Origin: Octopus sinensis
Taxonomy: Eukaryota
NCBI RefSeq assembly: GCF_006345805.1
Contig: NC_042998.1
Coordinates: forward strand, 28,892,001-28,956,000
DNA length: 64,000 nt
Direction: 5' to 3'
Position 1 is the stretch's first letter, and each line of letters opens with the position of its first letter. The notes under the pieces were generated by a model. The model saw only the letters and a list, made by a program, of their open reading frames with translations. It was not told where the DNA came from and did not search any database. Made by a program: the position numbers and the translations under genes. Below, in pieces: positions 1 to 12,147 of the stretch.

Positions 1-240
1 ATTCGGGATTGGAGACTACGGCAGAGATATTGATCTTTATTTTATTTTTTTTTTTTTTAATACAAGGCCTATATTGAATAAGGCATTAAAAGCGTCACGA
101 CATACCAGCAGTTATTAGGGAAAGTGTTATGACAAAAAAGAAATGTAAATAAAACATTATTTTGATAGAGAGAGGAACATATCTATAGGACTTTGCTCAA
201 ATGAATGTCTATGCATCAGTATCTTGCCTCACTGAATGCC

Positions 241-456
241 TATTTCTTTACTACCCACAAGGGTTTAAACCCAGAGAGGACAAACAAACGGATTAAGTCG
301 ATTATATCGACCCCAGTGCGTAACGGGTACTTATCGACACCGAAAGGATGAAAGGCAAAGTCGACCTCGGCGGAATTTGAACTCAGAACGTAATGGCAGA
401 CGAAATATGGCTACGCATTTCGCCTGGCGTGCTAACGTTTCTGCCAGCTCGCCGCC
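241..456 (-). mobile_element. Family A tRNA-derived SINE (central domain resembles the MetaSINE domain)
   Basis: Reverse complement reads GGCGGCGAGCTGGCAGAAACGTTAGCACG (A-box-like)...GAGTTCAAATTCC (B-box)...GTCGACTTTGCCTTTCATCCTTTCGG...GTGGGTAGTAAAGAAATA; more than 15 homologous copies in the window. Confidence 0.9.
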
Positions 457-718
457 TTTCCCTCACTGAATGCCAAAAACTCGCATGTCAAAAGTCTACC
501 CTTGCACACTTTTTGAAGTCTCTGCTCCCGAGCAAAGAAAATAAGCAAGCCATTGAGGGAGCTTAAATGATGTCCCAAGATCTCTCGGAAATAGCAACCA
601 AATCTCTCTCCATCTACACTATTGCGTGGTTTCTCAAACTAGGGCATGCATAAGATATGCAAAAGAACCACTGGTATTTTGAAAATATCACAACCAGTTA
701 CTTTTAAATAGTGCAGGT

Positions 719-1121
719 AAGCGTAGGAGTGGCTGTGTGGTAAGTAGCTTGCTTACCAACCATATGGTTCCGGGTTCAGTCCCACTGCGTGGCACCTTGG
801 GCAAGTGTCTTCTATTATAGCTTCGGGCTGACCAAGGGCTTGTGAGTGGATTTCGTAGACGGAAACTGAAAGAAGCCCGTCGTGTGTGTATATATATATA
901 TATGTATGTGTGTTTATGTTTGTGTGTCTGTGTTTGTCCCCCAATATCGCTTAACAACCGATGGTGGTGTGTTTACGTCCCCGTAACTTAATGTTTCGGC
1001 AAAAGAGACCGATAGAATAAGTACTAGGCTTACAAATAATAAGCCCTGGGGTCGATTTGCTTTCGACTAAAGGCGGTGCTCCACATGGCCGCAGTCAAAT
1101 GCCTGAAACAAGTAAAAAAGA
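719..1121 (+). mobile_element. Family B/C composite SINE (tRNA-like head, CORE-like segment, internal microsatellite, LINE-like tail)
   Basis: TGGCTGTGTGG A-box, GGTTCAGTCCC B-box, ACCTTGGGCAAGTGTCTT CORE-like motif, central (TA)n(TG)n, 3' GACTGAAACAAGTAAAAGAG tail; many copies in the window. Confidence 0.9.
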
Positions 1122-1323
1122 GTAGGTTTGTAAGGGAGAGTGTGGAATAGGGAGTACAGGAACACAGCAAGTGGGGAAACGATGGGGGGGGGTTGTCAGG
1201 GTCAGATTGCACGCAGGGGCAGTGGGGAAGAGGCTGAACATAGACGACATGGTTTTACGACCTCATTTTACTAAGGACAGATATAAACTTATGTAAATGT
1301 GATGGGTTATCCAACTTATAGAT

Positions 1324-1575
1324 CAATGGTTCTCAACCATACTTTGCCAATGGATCCCCTTTCAGTCCCCTTTTTTCTTGGGTAGACTCTCATAGGCATT
1401 TGGTGTTTTAAAATATCCTATTTCATTACTATGATTAAATATTAATAGGAATTTGTATTAACAATTGTTTAAATATTTCTTGTATCATAAAAGTATAACT
1501 AATTTAACGCACATAAATATTAACAACAAAATTTTCCTGGGGTTCATATGGCCCTTACCCCAGCTGAGAATCAGT
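1324..1575. mobile_element. hAT/Charlie-like MITE
   Basis: Ends CAATGGTTCTCAACC and CAGCTGAGAATCAG; related pieces near 13310-13380 and 62047-62160. Confidence 0.55.
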
Positions 1576-2900
1576 CATACATGCATGTATGTACGTCAAA
1601 CAGGCTGGTTGAAAGTCTTGACTTCGAAGTATAATAATAATTAACAAATTACAATTACGGTATCTGTTTACGGTATGCACTACTGTTTGTTTTAAGATAT
1701 TCAACCATTGTTTTATTACGAGGTGTGTGCCATCACTGCCAGGCATGAACGAGTATGCTGGAAATATAAAAACAGTGGACATTGTAGTCCCGAGATACGC
1801 AATTATGAAGAAGAAGAAAAAAAAAAAGATAGGATGGCCATAGCGGGAATGGTTTTCATTATAGTTCTATTCAGTGATACCTGACCTGGGGCTAAATGAC
1901 AACATTATATGTAATCGATCTTTAAGTGAAGAAAAAAAAAATCTATGAAGACAAACAATATATAAATAAATAAATAAATAAAATCTACGTCCTTATGACT
2001 GACAGTAAGTTTCTTTTAAATCGATTGTAATTCCTCCCTTGTTACTAAACTCAGTACATAATCACAGGATGAAAACAAAAAGAAGAAAAGATCACGAATA
2101 TTTTTGAATGAAAAACCACATGAAATCGCATAGGAAGAGGAAAGTAAAATGAATAGGAAGAAACAGAAGGTAAAATATAAAAAAAAAAGGAAGGAAGAAA
2201 AAGATGAAGTAATGTTTAGAGTGGGCATTCCCAGAGTTCCTCTTCAGTCAACAGAATCGATATTGTCCAAGAAACAATAACTATCACTGTTTCGCAAACA
2301 CCAAAAGAAACACGGTTTAGAAATAAAAATAACTCGGTGAAGAAATATCAGTCGAAAGAAAATAAAATTTCCGATCACAATCGATCTATAAATAGACAAT
2401 CATTTTCCCTCGTATAGTTCATTTATTTAGCTGTTATTATTATAATTATTAGTATTTTTTTTCGTTTTGATATATAATTTTCAAAGTGGAAAAATCAAAC
2501 AGGTAACGACTAAAATAATATAGACATGACAGGTATTTCTATAAGCAGAATAATTAATGTAAAAAAAAATTCGATTTCTAGCAAGACAACTAGGCCATTA
2601 GATGAATGAATGAGAGAGAGTAAGAAAGAAAGAGAGAAAGAAAGAATGAATGAAAGAGAGAGGAAGATTGCAAATCGAAAGAGTTAATACTATCAGACAC
2701 ACATTCGATTAATGCAACTACCAGGTGATGATGTGCATTGAATCACAGATTCATTACAAAAAGGTAGGATGAATGCAGCAACGTAAACATACCTATGTTA
2801 TTATCACTATAAATTTTGTATATTTATATACTTATAAATTTTGTATATTTATATTATTTATATCACTATTCTTCTCTCCAAACAAAACCATGCTTGCATA

Positions 2901-2941
2901 TACTTACCTGTAAAAAAAAAAAGGTAACAAAATTAAGCTAC
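2901..2941 (-). other. Candidate recursive splice site (branch point, poly-U tract, CAG|GTAAGT)
   Basis: Minus strand reads TAGCTTAATTTTGTTACC, a run of about 12 T, then ACAG|GTAAGTA; junction between 2908 and 2907. Confidence 0.5.
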
Positions 2942-3780
2942 ATGCAAATAAAATTTAGAAATAAAATCGGTAACCGTATTTTACTATAGAGAGAAAAGAA
3001 TATTATTGTAAAATAATGGGTTCGAACTGTGTGTAACGAATGAAGTAAATATTACGTAAACATTGCGATTAAGATGACAATCACCTGGTGAGAATAAGTG
3101 ATTTAGAATGTCTTAATTTGTGCGCGCTGACCTGACCGTATTAGTAATTCGATGACCTCAGACACACTGACACACCGGCTGTTCGAGGGGAAAAAATAAT
3201 AATGATACTGATTTTTACATAAGGATGATGTATATTATTCCTGGAAATTCTTCCTTCGTTTTATGATGTGCACTGAAGACAGAAGTCCATTCAAACTAGA
3301 AATTTGATGCAGGTCGAAGGCTAATGATCAACAACAGTATGAAGATTTGTATTTAATTGCACGGCTGGCAGCAATCAATAACATTGAAATACAATATTAA
3401 AAAAAGTAACAGCGATGCAGTAGTGCACACACTTGTTACGAGAATGAGGTCAGAACGAAATAGACTAAAATATGAATGAATAATTATGATAAACAAGTAT
3501 AAAACACCAGGTACTTTAATAATGAATTAAGATACGTAGGAAAAACACACCTTTTCTCACTTATTTCATTTCTATAAGTATATTTATTCAGCGAAATTCA
3601 TTTCGTGACAAGACGTTGCTCCAGCGTGATCTTAGGTATTAGTGGTTTAACGAAGACCTGAAGATATTTTTCCATATTACATACTACTTATACATGCACA
3701 TACATTTATGAAAAATCGTTTTATGTAAACATTAGTGTCTAGCGAGTACACCTACACTTATTTGAAACAAGTTCCACTTG

Positions 3781-4011
3781 TATGTGTGTGTGTGTGTGTA
3801 AATGTATATATATATATATATATATATATAAATTAATATATTAATATACACATATATTTATATATATATATTAATATATTTTATATGTAAAGTATATATT
3901 ATACATGTATGTATGTTCTTGTAATTGTCATTTTAGTAAATAAATAAGTTGGCATAATATAATGTCTAAAAGTTGATGAACCACCTATTGTTCTCCATCA
4001 TTTTCTTATTG

Positions 4012-4053
<42 letters not shown>

Positions 4054-4102
4054 AACATATATATGTAAGTATATATATATATACATAAACATATATATGT
4101 AA

Positions 4103-4136
<34 letters not shown>

Positions 4137-4265
4137 ATATATGTATGTATTATATATATATATATATATATAAACATATATATGTATGTATATATATATA
4201 TATATATAACATATATATGTATGTATATATATATATATATATATATATAAACATATATATGTATG

Positions 4266-4301
<36 letters not shown>

Positions 4302-4353
4302 ATGCATAACCCGTGCTAGCGCGGAAAACGGACGTTAAACGATGATGATATGT

Positions 4354-4409
<56 letters not shown>

Positions 4410-4440
4410 ACATATATATACATATGTATATATATATATC
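3781..4440. repeat. Compound (TA)n/(TG)n microsatellite with a higher-order unit
   Basis: Repeating TATATATAAACATATATATGTATG blocks; explains the YI/IY-rich ORFs. Confidence 0.95.
4308..4349 (+). mobile_element. Very short 3' end of a family D retroposon inside the TA tract
   Basis: AACCCGTGCTAGCGCGGAAAACGGACGTTAAACGATGATGAT matches the 3' terminus of other D copies. Confidence 0.85.
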
Positions 4441-6703
4441 TTTTGTTTTGAGAGTGCTCAACGACAGTAAAAGGTTCTCAAGCTCTTACCAATTATATAA
4501 TGGTATGAGTTGGTTAAAACGCAAAGACACTCTTGAAGATAAATCTAGCTCCACATTGAAGTAATTACATAAGATGTGGGTTTTCTTCTGAAAGATTTGT
4601 ATTTCTAGCCGTTCGATGTCCCCAGGTGATATAATGATGCATGATGCCATCATGAGTGTAAATGCGAAGAGTTAAGAATGGAATTCGAAATTAACGGAAT
4701 TTATATTGATTTAGTTAAAACAACAGCTCATTTCAACGAGTAAATTTGAAATAGCATTTTTAATGTTAACGTCGGTGATTCGAACACTGAAAGAGACTTT
4801 TGCATTTAAAATTTCGGTGGCATAAATCACCGGTTTCTACAGTTCGCTGTACGTGATAAAATTCTCATATTCTTTTGCAGTGCCTTTGATAATGGTCTCG
4901 AGTGGTCGTATATTTCATTGGGAATCTGGTGGTCAGAAATACAATGGGATACAGAGAAAGATAAATATACAATGTGTTCGGCATTTGTTCCTATATATAG
5001 CTTGATATCGTTTTCAAGTAACTTTTATCTTCTACTTGTTTCACTCCGTGGCCTATTTCTGTGCTGAGCACCTCTTTGCAGGGTTTAGTCAAATGAACCG
5101 ACCCCAGTTCAATTTTGAAGTCTAGAACTTATTCTCTCTTATTTTTAGATGCCCTTACAGTACATATATAATTTAAAATTGAGGTGCTCGCATTATTTTC
5201 GAATGCCCCAAAATAAACGATAAAAGGATAAAATATAAAACCAGTTTCCAAGTACAAAAAGGGTCGCTTTCTCTTCGAGATTGCAATGAACTCTAATAAA
5301 ACCGCTATCTATCGTGCGTATGTATGTATGCATGCATGCATGTATGTATATGTGAGGAATCGCACATACACACACACATGCATATATACATATATGTGAT
5401 ACACATACATGTATATTTTATAGATGCTGTTTGCAAATATGTATATGTATAACGATAATATTTATTCTTCCGTCGTATTTATTGCTATTGTTTTTTTTTT
5501 CATTCTGTTGATAAACACGATGTCAGATGTATCAGTCCCCCCTTAGGTTATCATTAACATCATGTTTTGTTTGTTATATTAATATATGAAGAACGTGAGT
5601 GTGTCGGCGAAGCCATGATACAGTGTCACTTGAGAGCTTCGTCTTTAGCAGAATGTCGATTAAAAATATTCTTTTTATACAACAGAAACTTAGAAAATAT
5701 TTAGAAAGCAAAAAGTATTGTAAATGAATAAATATATAAATTAGCAACCGTCTAAAACTTAAGTGTATTACTAGTGTTTCTGTGTATTTCTGTTTTCTGG
5801 ATATCTAGTATTTTAATATATCAAAATACATATTTTTAGAAAGAAATAATAATAAAAAAAAATTATGTAGAAATCTGAGAACACCTGTTGCATGTGAAAA
5901 TAAATTAATAGCATGGAGAAACAGGATTTGGAGATTACTAACAGAAGCAATCAGGCGAACTACGGCAATTATTCGTTGCTTATACATAATAATGATAATA
6001 ATTAGTATTGTATATATACATGAAATACAGGAAAAATTAATGCGCGCTCGCTCACATAAATAGATGCACAGGCGGGTGTGTTTGAATGAGAGTGGTGAGG
6101 AGAGAGAGAAGAAAGCTTGGCCTTTATTTCAATGTCAGTTGTATTGTATTGTTCATAGTAACAATCAGATCTACAACGGACTACATATCAGGAGCTGTAA
6201 TTGTTCTGTCAAGTGATTTAATTTAAGGAAGCGTGGTGTGTTGAAACCGAAATAATTAGCAAGTGCGACAAAAACAGCTGGGTTTGTAGTAATTGACAAA
6301 TCAACTGAAGGAGTCTTTTCATAGAGCAATCAACTATTCGCAGCCGCATTTTCGCAGCATCGCATCGTCGTATAAGCGTAATATTTAGAAATAATATTCG
6401 AGTCTATAATTTATTTACACATGGTAGGGATGGGAAAATTGTTAAATTAAGGGGTTATAAATATTTTAGTGCGAATTCACTTGTCTTATGGATTTTTACA
6501 CAGAGTAAATAAAGGGAAATAACTAGTCTCTGTAATTAGGTCTGCTCCGGGTACCTTGTGCCATCTCCCCCTCCCCCCAGCTTTCCCCATGTCGTTTATT
6601 TTAATTCATATATGTAAATGTATGAACTGCTTCGAGTATATTTTCGTTTGTTATGAAATTACCATTATTGTAGACCTATTTACCGTATATATGTATATAT
6701 ATC

Positions 6704-6940
6704 TTCTGTTGTGTCTGGGGAGAGTCATTTTCTTTCTTTTTTCTTTTGCCTTATAATCTAACACACTCACCGGTAAAATTTCCACTTTTTTCTTATTTTT
6801 TTCGGTGAGTGTGTTAGATTATAAGGCAAAAAAAAAAGAAAAAAGAAAATGACTCTCCCCCCAGACACAACAGAATATGCTTCAACACACGAACTCATAT
6901 AAAGAATCTTGCAAACCAAATCCAAAACCGAAATGTACAT
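6704..6940. mobile_element. Fold-back copy of a dispersed repeat (probable Penelope-like terminal repeat)
   Basis: Arms 6704-6772 and 6803-6874 are inverted; the same family occurs at 26284-26490 (-) and 49700-49900 (+). Confidence 0.75.
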
Positions 6941-7374
6941 ATATATATAAAACCCATATATAATCCCAAAGTATTACGTTGCAACATTCCCCGTCTTATT
7001 GTGCATGCCGTCCTTACATGCAACCATGCACTTATATACATACAAAAGCTCGTGTGTGTGTATAGATATATATTTTTATGTGTGTATGTACGCACTCACA
7101 CATGAGTAGTAATAAAATACATAAGTATGTTGACACATCAACAGGTAAGACGCCAGAAATGGCCAAGTCCAATAACATAGGGTTCACTGTGAGATAAAAC
7201 AACGATGAAGGTATCTTGATTTGCTGGGATAGTGTAGATGAGTACCAAATCCAATACAAACCACAGATCCGATTCATGGTTGGTTCTAGGTGCAGCGTAG
7301 TTATGAAAAAGAACTGAATTAGCGTTTGAAATTTACAAATTTTAACCCTTTGTGTTTATATGTATATATATATA

Positions 7375-7775
7375 GGCGCAGGAATGGCTGTGTGGTAAGT
7401 AGCTTGTTAACCAACCATATGGTTCCGGGTTCAGTCCCACTGCGTGGCACCTTGGGCAAGTGTCTTCTGCTATAGCCCCGGGCCGACCAATGCCTTGTGA
7501 GTGGATTTGGTAGACGGAAACTGAAAGAAGCCTGTCGTATATATGTATGTATATGTGTGTGTGTGTGTGTTTGTGTCTGAGTTTGTCCCCCTACCATTGC
7601 TTGACAACCGATGCTGGTGTGTTTATGTCCCCGTAACATAGCGGTTCAGCAAAAGAGACCGATATAATAAGTACTGGGCTTACAAAGGATAAGTCCCAGG
7701 GTCGATTTACTTGGCTAAAGGCGGTGCTCCAGCATGGCCGCAGTCAAATGACTGAAACAAGTAAGAGAGAAAGAG
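7375..7775 (+). mobile_element. Family B/C SINE, full length
   Basis: Same head, microsatellite and tail structure as 719-1121. Confidence 0.9.
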
Positions 7776-8344
7776 ATATATATATATATATATTGTGTGT
7801 GCGTGCGGGCACAGGTTACAGCAAAATCCTCAGGTTCACCATTCTTAAACATTTCAGCAGTAGTGTGTGATATGCCCCTCTCCAACCTATGATGCTTATT
7901 GAAAGAGCAACATAGAGACACCATTAGCATCTGCCTAACTTCACTGGCTCCACACTAATAGCCGTGTAAAATATGGGGTGTTTCTGCTGCACCCTGTGTG
8001 TGTGTGTTTTAGAAATCAAGGAAATGTTGAACACAGAAGAATAGCTGCGAAAATGGCTTAGAGAGTTAAGTGAAATATGTTTATAGATGAAAGAAAGGGA
8101 CCAGTAAGCTGCTATTGTGAATTGAACCCTGTACATCTGGTCATTTTCTTCTTCCATTTATACTCTGATCCTCAAAACTGTTCTTCTGTGTTTGAGATTT
8201 CCTTCATTTCCAGTCTTCCATGGAAACATGGTCTGGCCATGGATAAATATTACCTAGCCTTGAAACAGGTAATGGTTGGTGGCAGGAAAGACATTTACCT
8301 GTAGAAGATCTGCCTCTAACGAATTTCCTCTGACCAGGCATGTA

Positions 8345-8760
8345 ATAAACATGGCGAACAACAGTTAAGTCAAATAAGCAAATACAATCATTCATCGACA
8401 GATGCTTGCGTAGTATACTTAAAATTAGATGGCCCGAACACATAAGCAATATGGAGCTATGGCAAAGAACAAATCAAGTTTCGATTAGAGAGCAAATATT
8501 TAAGAAAAAGTGGAAGTGGATTGGTAGCACAATTAGAAAAGACACACCAAATGTAGCGAAAAGTGCTTTAGAGTGGAATCCAGATGGATATAGAAAGAGA
8601 GGTAGGCCTAAGAACTCATGGCGTAGATCAACACAAAAGGAACTAGAGAAAGGGGGACATTCATGGCAGAGTATAAGTACAGAAGCCAAAAATTATGCGA
8701 GATGGAATTCAACTATAAGTGGCCTATACTCTGCGTTGGAGGGTTAAAGGCCGAAAAAAA
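8345..8760 (+). mobile_element. RTE-clade LINE, 3' end of the RT ORF (5'-truncated)
   Basis: TWRTTVKSNKQIQSFIDRCLRSILKIRWPEHISN...KWKWIG...ALEWNPDGYRKRGRPKNSWRR: typical RTE RT C-terminus; ORF 8406-8747. Confidence 0.9.
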
Positions 8761-8919
8761 TGCATGTATAGAAAAGGGGATGCAAAAATGACAATGCATA
8801 AGTGATTCAAGACCAGAGAGTTTCATGCTTTGTACTTATGGAACTAAGTTACAAATCACAATATTTGTAAGAAGAAAAGAACTGTTAGGAGTGTGTCACA
8901 ATGTAGCAATATATAAACT

Positions 8920-9118
8920 CTGCCTGTTTCCCCCATCTGCAAAACGTTATCCTTTAAGGACTTTTTTCATACAGGGGAACAGGAAAAAGTCGCAAGGAGT
9001 AAGATTGGGCGAATAGGGAGCGTGGGTAAGCAAGGTCATGCCATACTTGGCAAAAACTTTCTCACACTCAAGGCAGTGTGTGCAGGCACATTGTCATGAT
9101 AAAACCACCACTCTCCAC
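8920..9118 (-). mobile_element. Mariner transposase fragment (frameshifted)
   Basis: Minus translation WWFYHDNVPAHTALSVRKFL / KYGMTLLTHAPYSPNLTPCDFFLFPCMKKVLKG*RF contains the HDNA- and YSPDLAP-like mariner motifs. Confidence 0.8.
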
Positions 9119-9122
9119 TTTG

Positions 9123-9415
9123 TTGTGGCCTAGTGGTTAAGGTGTTGCACTCATGATTTATCAAGTGTGATTTCAATTCCTAGACTTGGTGGTGCATTGT
9201 GTTCTGGAGCAAAACACTTTATCTCTTGTTGCTCTGCGATCACTTTAACACCTGACACATGGTACACTGTGTACCTGTTCAGGTAACATCAATTTCACGA
9301 AAAGGAGTGAGCTAATGTACAGCACATACATTTGATCATTATAAACAAATCCTTTCTGCAGATCGTTCACCAAAAGACTGAACACTCAGACATCATCTTC
9401 CTCAGGAGTGTCCAT
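9123..9415 (+). mobile_element. Degenerate tRNA-derived SINE (fourth family)
   Basis: GTGGCCTAGTGGTTAAGG A-box, TTCAATTCC B-box remnant, then GCATTGTGTTCTGGAGCAAAACACTTT (CORE/V-like). Confidence 0.55.
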
Positions 9416-9419
9416 CATA

Positions 9420-9654
9420 TACAGTAATCCCTCAACTATTGTGGGTGTTATGTTCCAAAAACCCCAACAATAGGTGAAAATCTGCAAAGTAGAAACAGCA
9501 CTGTACTGTATATTTTTAAAAATTATTTTTATAATTTGTATATATTTATTTTATTGTAAATGCAAAACAACATCATGGAGGAATGGATGTAAGCTTAGAT
9601 AATAAAATAATAAACTGCGATAAGTGAACCGCGACATAGCAAGGTATTACTGTA
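9420..9654. mobile_element. pogo/Tigger-like MITE
   Basis: TA-CAGTAATCCCTC ... GGTATTACTG-TA terminal inverted repeats with TA target sites; a second partial copy at about 10035-10400 is interrupted by a family D insertion. Confidence 0.7.
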
Positions 9655-9674
9655 TATATATATATATATATAAA

Positions 9675-10030
9675 TACTCTTTACTCTTTTACTTGTTTCA
9701 GTCATTTGACTGCGGCCATGCTGGAGCACCGCCTTTAGTCGAGCAAATCGACCCCGGGACTTATTCTTTGTAAGCCCAGTACTTATTCTATCGGTCTCTT
9801 TTGCCGAACCGCTAAGTGACGGGGATGTAAACACACCAGCATCGGTTGTCAAGCAATGCTAGGGGGACAAACACTCACAAGGCATTGGTCGGCCAAATCC
9901 ACTCACAAGGCATTGGTTGGCCCGGGGCTATAGCAGAAGACACTTGCCCAAGATGCCACACAGTGGGACTGAACCCGGAACCATGTGGTTGGTTAGCAAG
10001 CTACTTACCACACAGCCACTCCTGTGCCTA
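9675..10030 (-). mobile_element. Family B/C SINE lacking the central microsatellite
   Basis: Reverse orientation; centre replaced by a short duplication of CACTCACAAGGCATTGGT. Confidence 0.9.
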
Positions 10031-10129
10031 CCATATATGTTAAAAAAAATTTTATACTTTGTATGTATTTATTTTATTATAAATACAAAACAACACCATA
10101 GAGGAATGGCGGTAAGTTTAAATACGAGG

Positions 10130-10392
10130 TCATTGCCAGTGCTGCTGGACTGGCTCCTGTGCAAGTGGCACATAAAAAGCAACATTTGAGTGTGGCTGTT
10201 GCCAGTACTGCCTGACTGGACCTCATGCTGGTGGCACATAAAAGCACCCACAACACTCTCGGAGTGGTTGGTGTAGAAACTCTGCCAGATCAAGATTGGC
10301 GCCTAGTGGAGCCATCTGGTTTGCCAGTCCTCAGTCAAATTGTCCAACCCATGCCAGCATGGAAAGCGGACGTTAAACGATGATGATGATGG
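10130..10392 (+). mobile_element. Family D retroposon with (GAT)n tail
   Basis: ...CTGCCAGATCAAGATTGG...CCAACCCATGCCAGCATGGAAAGCGGACGTTAAACGATGATGATGATG. Confidence 0.85.
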
Positions 10393-10504
10393 ATTACTGT
10401 GTTAATATATGTGTGTGTGTACACATATATATATAAATATATAAGTAATTTATTTTACTAAGCCCTTTTATATAATGTAATAATATATAAGTATATATAT
10501 ATAT

Positions 10505-10981
10505 GAAGGCGGCAAGCTGGCAGAAATGTTAGCACGCTGGGCAAAATGCTTAGCGGTATTTCGTCTGCTGTTACGTTCTGAGTTCAAATTCCACAGAGGT
10601 CAATTTTGCCTTTCATCCTTTCAGGGTTGATAAGTTAAGTACCAGTTATGCACTGGGGTCGATATAATCGACTTAATCCGTTTGTCTGCCCTTGTTTGTC
10701 CCCTCTGTGTTTAGCCCCTTGTGGGTAGTAAAGAAATATATATATATATATGAAGGCGGCAAGCTGGCAGAAATGTTAGCACGCTGGGCAAAATGCTTAG
10801 CGGTATTTCGTCTGCTGTTACGTTCTGAGTTCAAATTCCACAGAGGTCAATTTTGCCTTTCATCCTTTCAGGGTTGATAAGTTAAGTACCAGTTATGCAC
10901 TGGGGTCGATATAATCGACTTAATCCGTTTGTCTGCCCTTGTTTGTCCCCTCTGTGTTTAGCCCCTTGTGGGTAGTAAAGA

Positions 10982-10982
<1 letters not shown>
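10505..10982 (+). mobile_element. Two tandem, apparently identical family A SINEs (247-bp period)
   Basis: 10505-10736 and 10752-10982 share the same private substitutions and are separated by (TA)n. Confidence 0.9.
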
Positions 10983-11061
<79 letters not shown>

Positions 11062-11440
11062 GTACACACACAATTGGCTTCTACATACATTACAGCTACC
11101 AAATCCCTCTCACAGCTTGAGCAATTTGTGGCATGGTGGGCTGGAACATGAAACTGTGGGATTCTGAAGCAAATTTCTCATCCATACAACAATACTTACA
11201 CCCATATAGAACCTAAGATGATAATCAGGAAATATTTCACAAAGAAAACAAACAAAAAAAATTTAAACCAAAACACACAAAACCCAAAACTGAACATTAA
11301 TATATATATTGATTAAACCAAAACTAATAAAACATTTTTGTTTTTCTATTATGTAGTCTTCAGTTTTCCAATATTTCCATCTGATTAAAATTTTCCCTCA
11401 TTAAAATTTTAAAATAGTTAATTTTAGCAAAACAAACTCC

Positions 11441-11476
<36 letters not shown>

Positions 11477-11874
11477 ATTTTTATTAAACATTTTCAATTA
11501 CACTGCTACCGCATATGTACGTTTAGTTTTAAATTTGTAAATGTATGTTGAAGCTGCATTTTTATTTTTATTTAATTAATGTAAACCTACGTAATATAGA
11601 ACCGCTTTCATTGCGAGTCATGGGACCAACCAATAATTTTTCCTTCAATTCCTGTTGGACTTTGCAATGTTGTTATTACCTTCCTGCATGCAATGAATTG
11701 AGCGATGTTATGGTTTTATAGGATTTCACTAAATTTTGCAGAAAACATTGTTTTAATTGTTATGTTTATGTATTCGATTTGCAAGATTCTTGTTGTGAAT
11801 TCGCGTGTTGAAAACAGATATTGTTGTATTTGGGGATGGTCATGTTGCCAGTTTAGCCAATAAAATCACATGTG

Positions 11875-12109
11875 CTCTTTTACTCTTTTACTTGTTTCAA
11901 TCATTTGACTGTGGCCATGCTATAGCACCGCCTTTAGTCGAGCAAATCAACCCCCAGGACTTATTCTTTGTAAGCCTAGTACTTATTCTATCGGTTTCTT
12001 TTGCCGAGCCGTTAAGTTACGGGGTTGCAAACACACCAGCATCGGTTGTCAAGCGATGTTGGGGGAATGAACACAGACACAAATATATACATGCATACAT
12101 ATATATATA

Positions 12110-12147
<38 letters not shown>

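Noticed and set aside
688-957. Recurrent ORFs such as RRHLPKVPRSGTEPGTMWLVSKLLTTQPLLR and LFYLFQSFDCGHAGAPPLVEQIDP
   Set aside because: Read-through of the B/C SINE; they recur wherever the SINE does.
1125-1235. G-run cluster as a G-quadruplex
   Set aside because: Loops are long and irregular; no supporting context.
4150-4461. YI/IY/CV-rich ORFs here and at 10882, 27205, 35197, 43095 and 43985-44541
   Set aside because: Translations of (TA)n, (TG)n and (TACA)n microsatellites.
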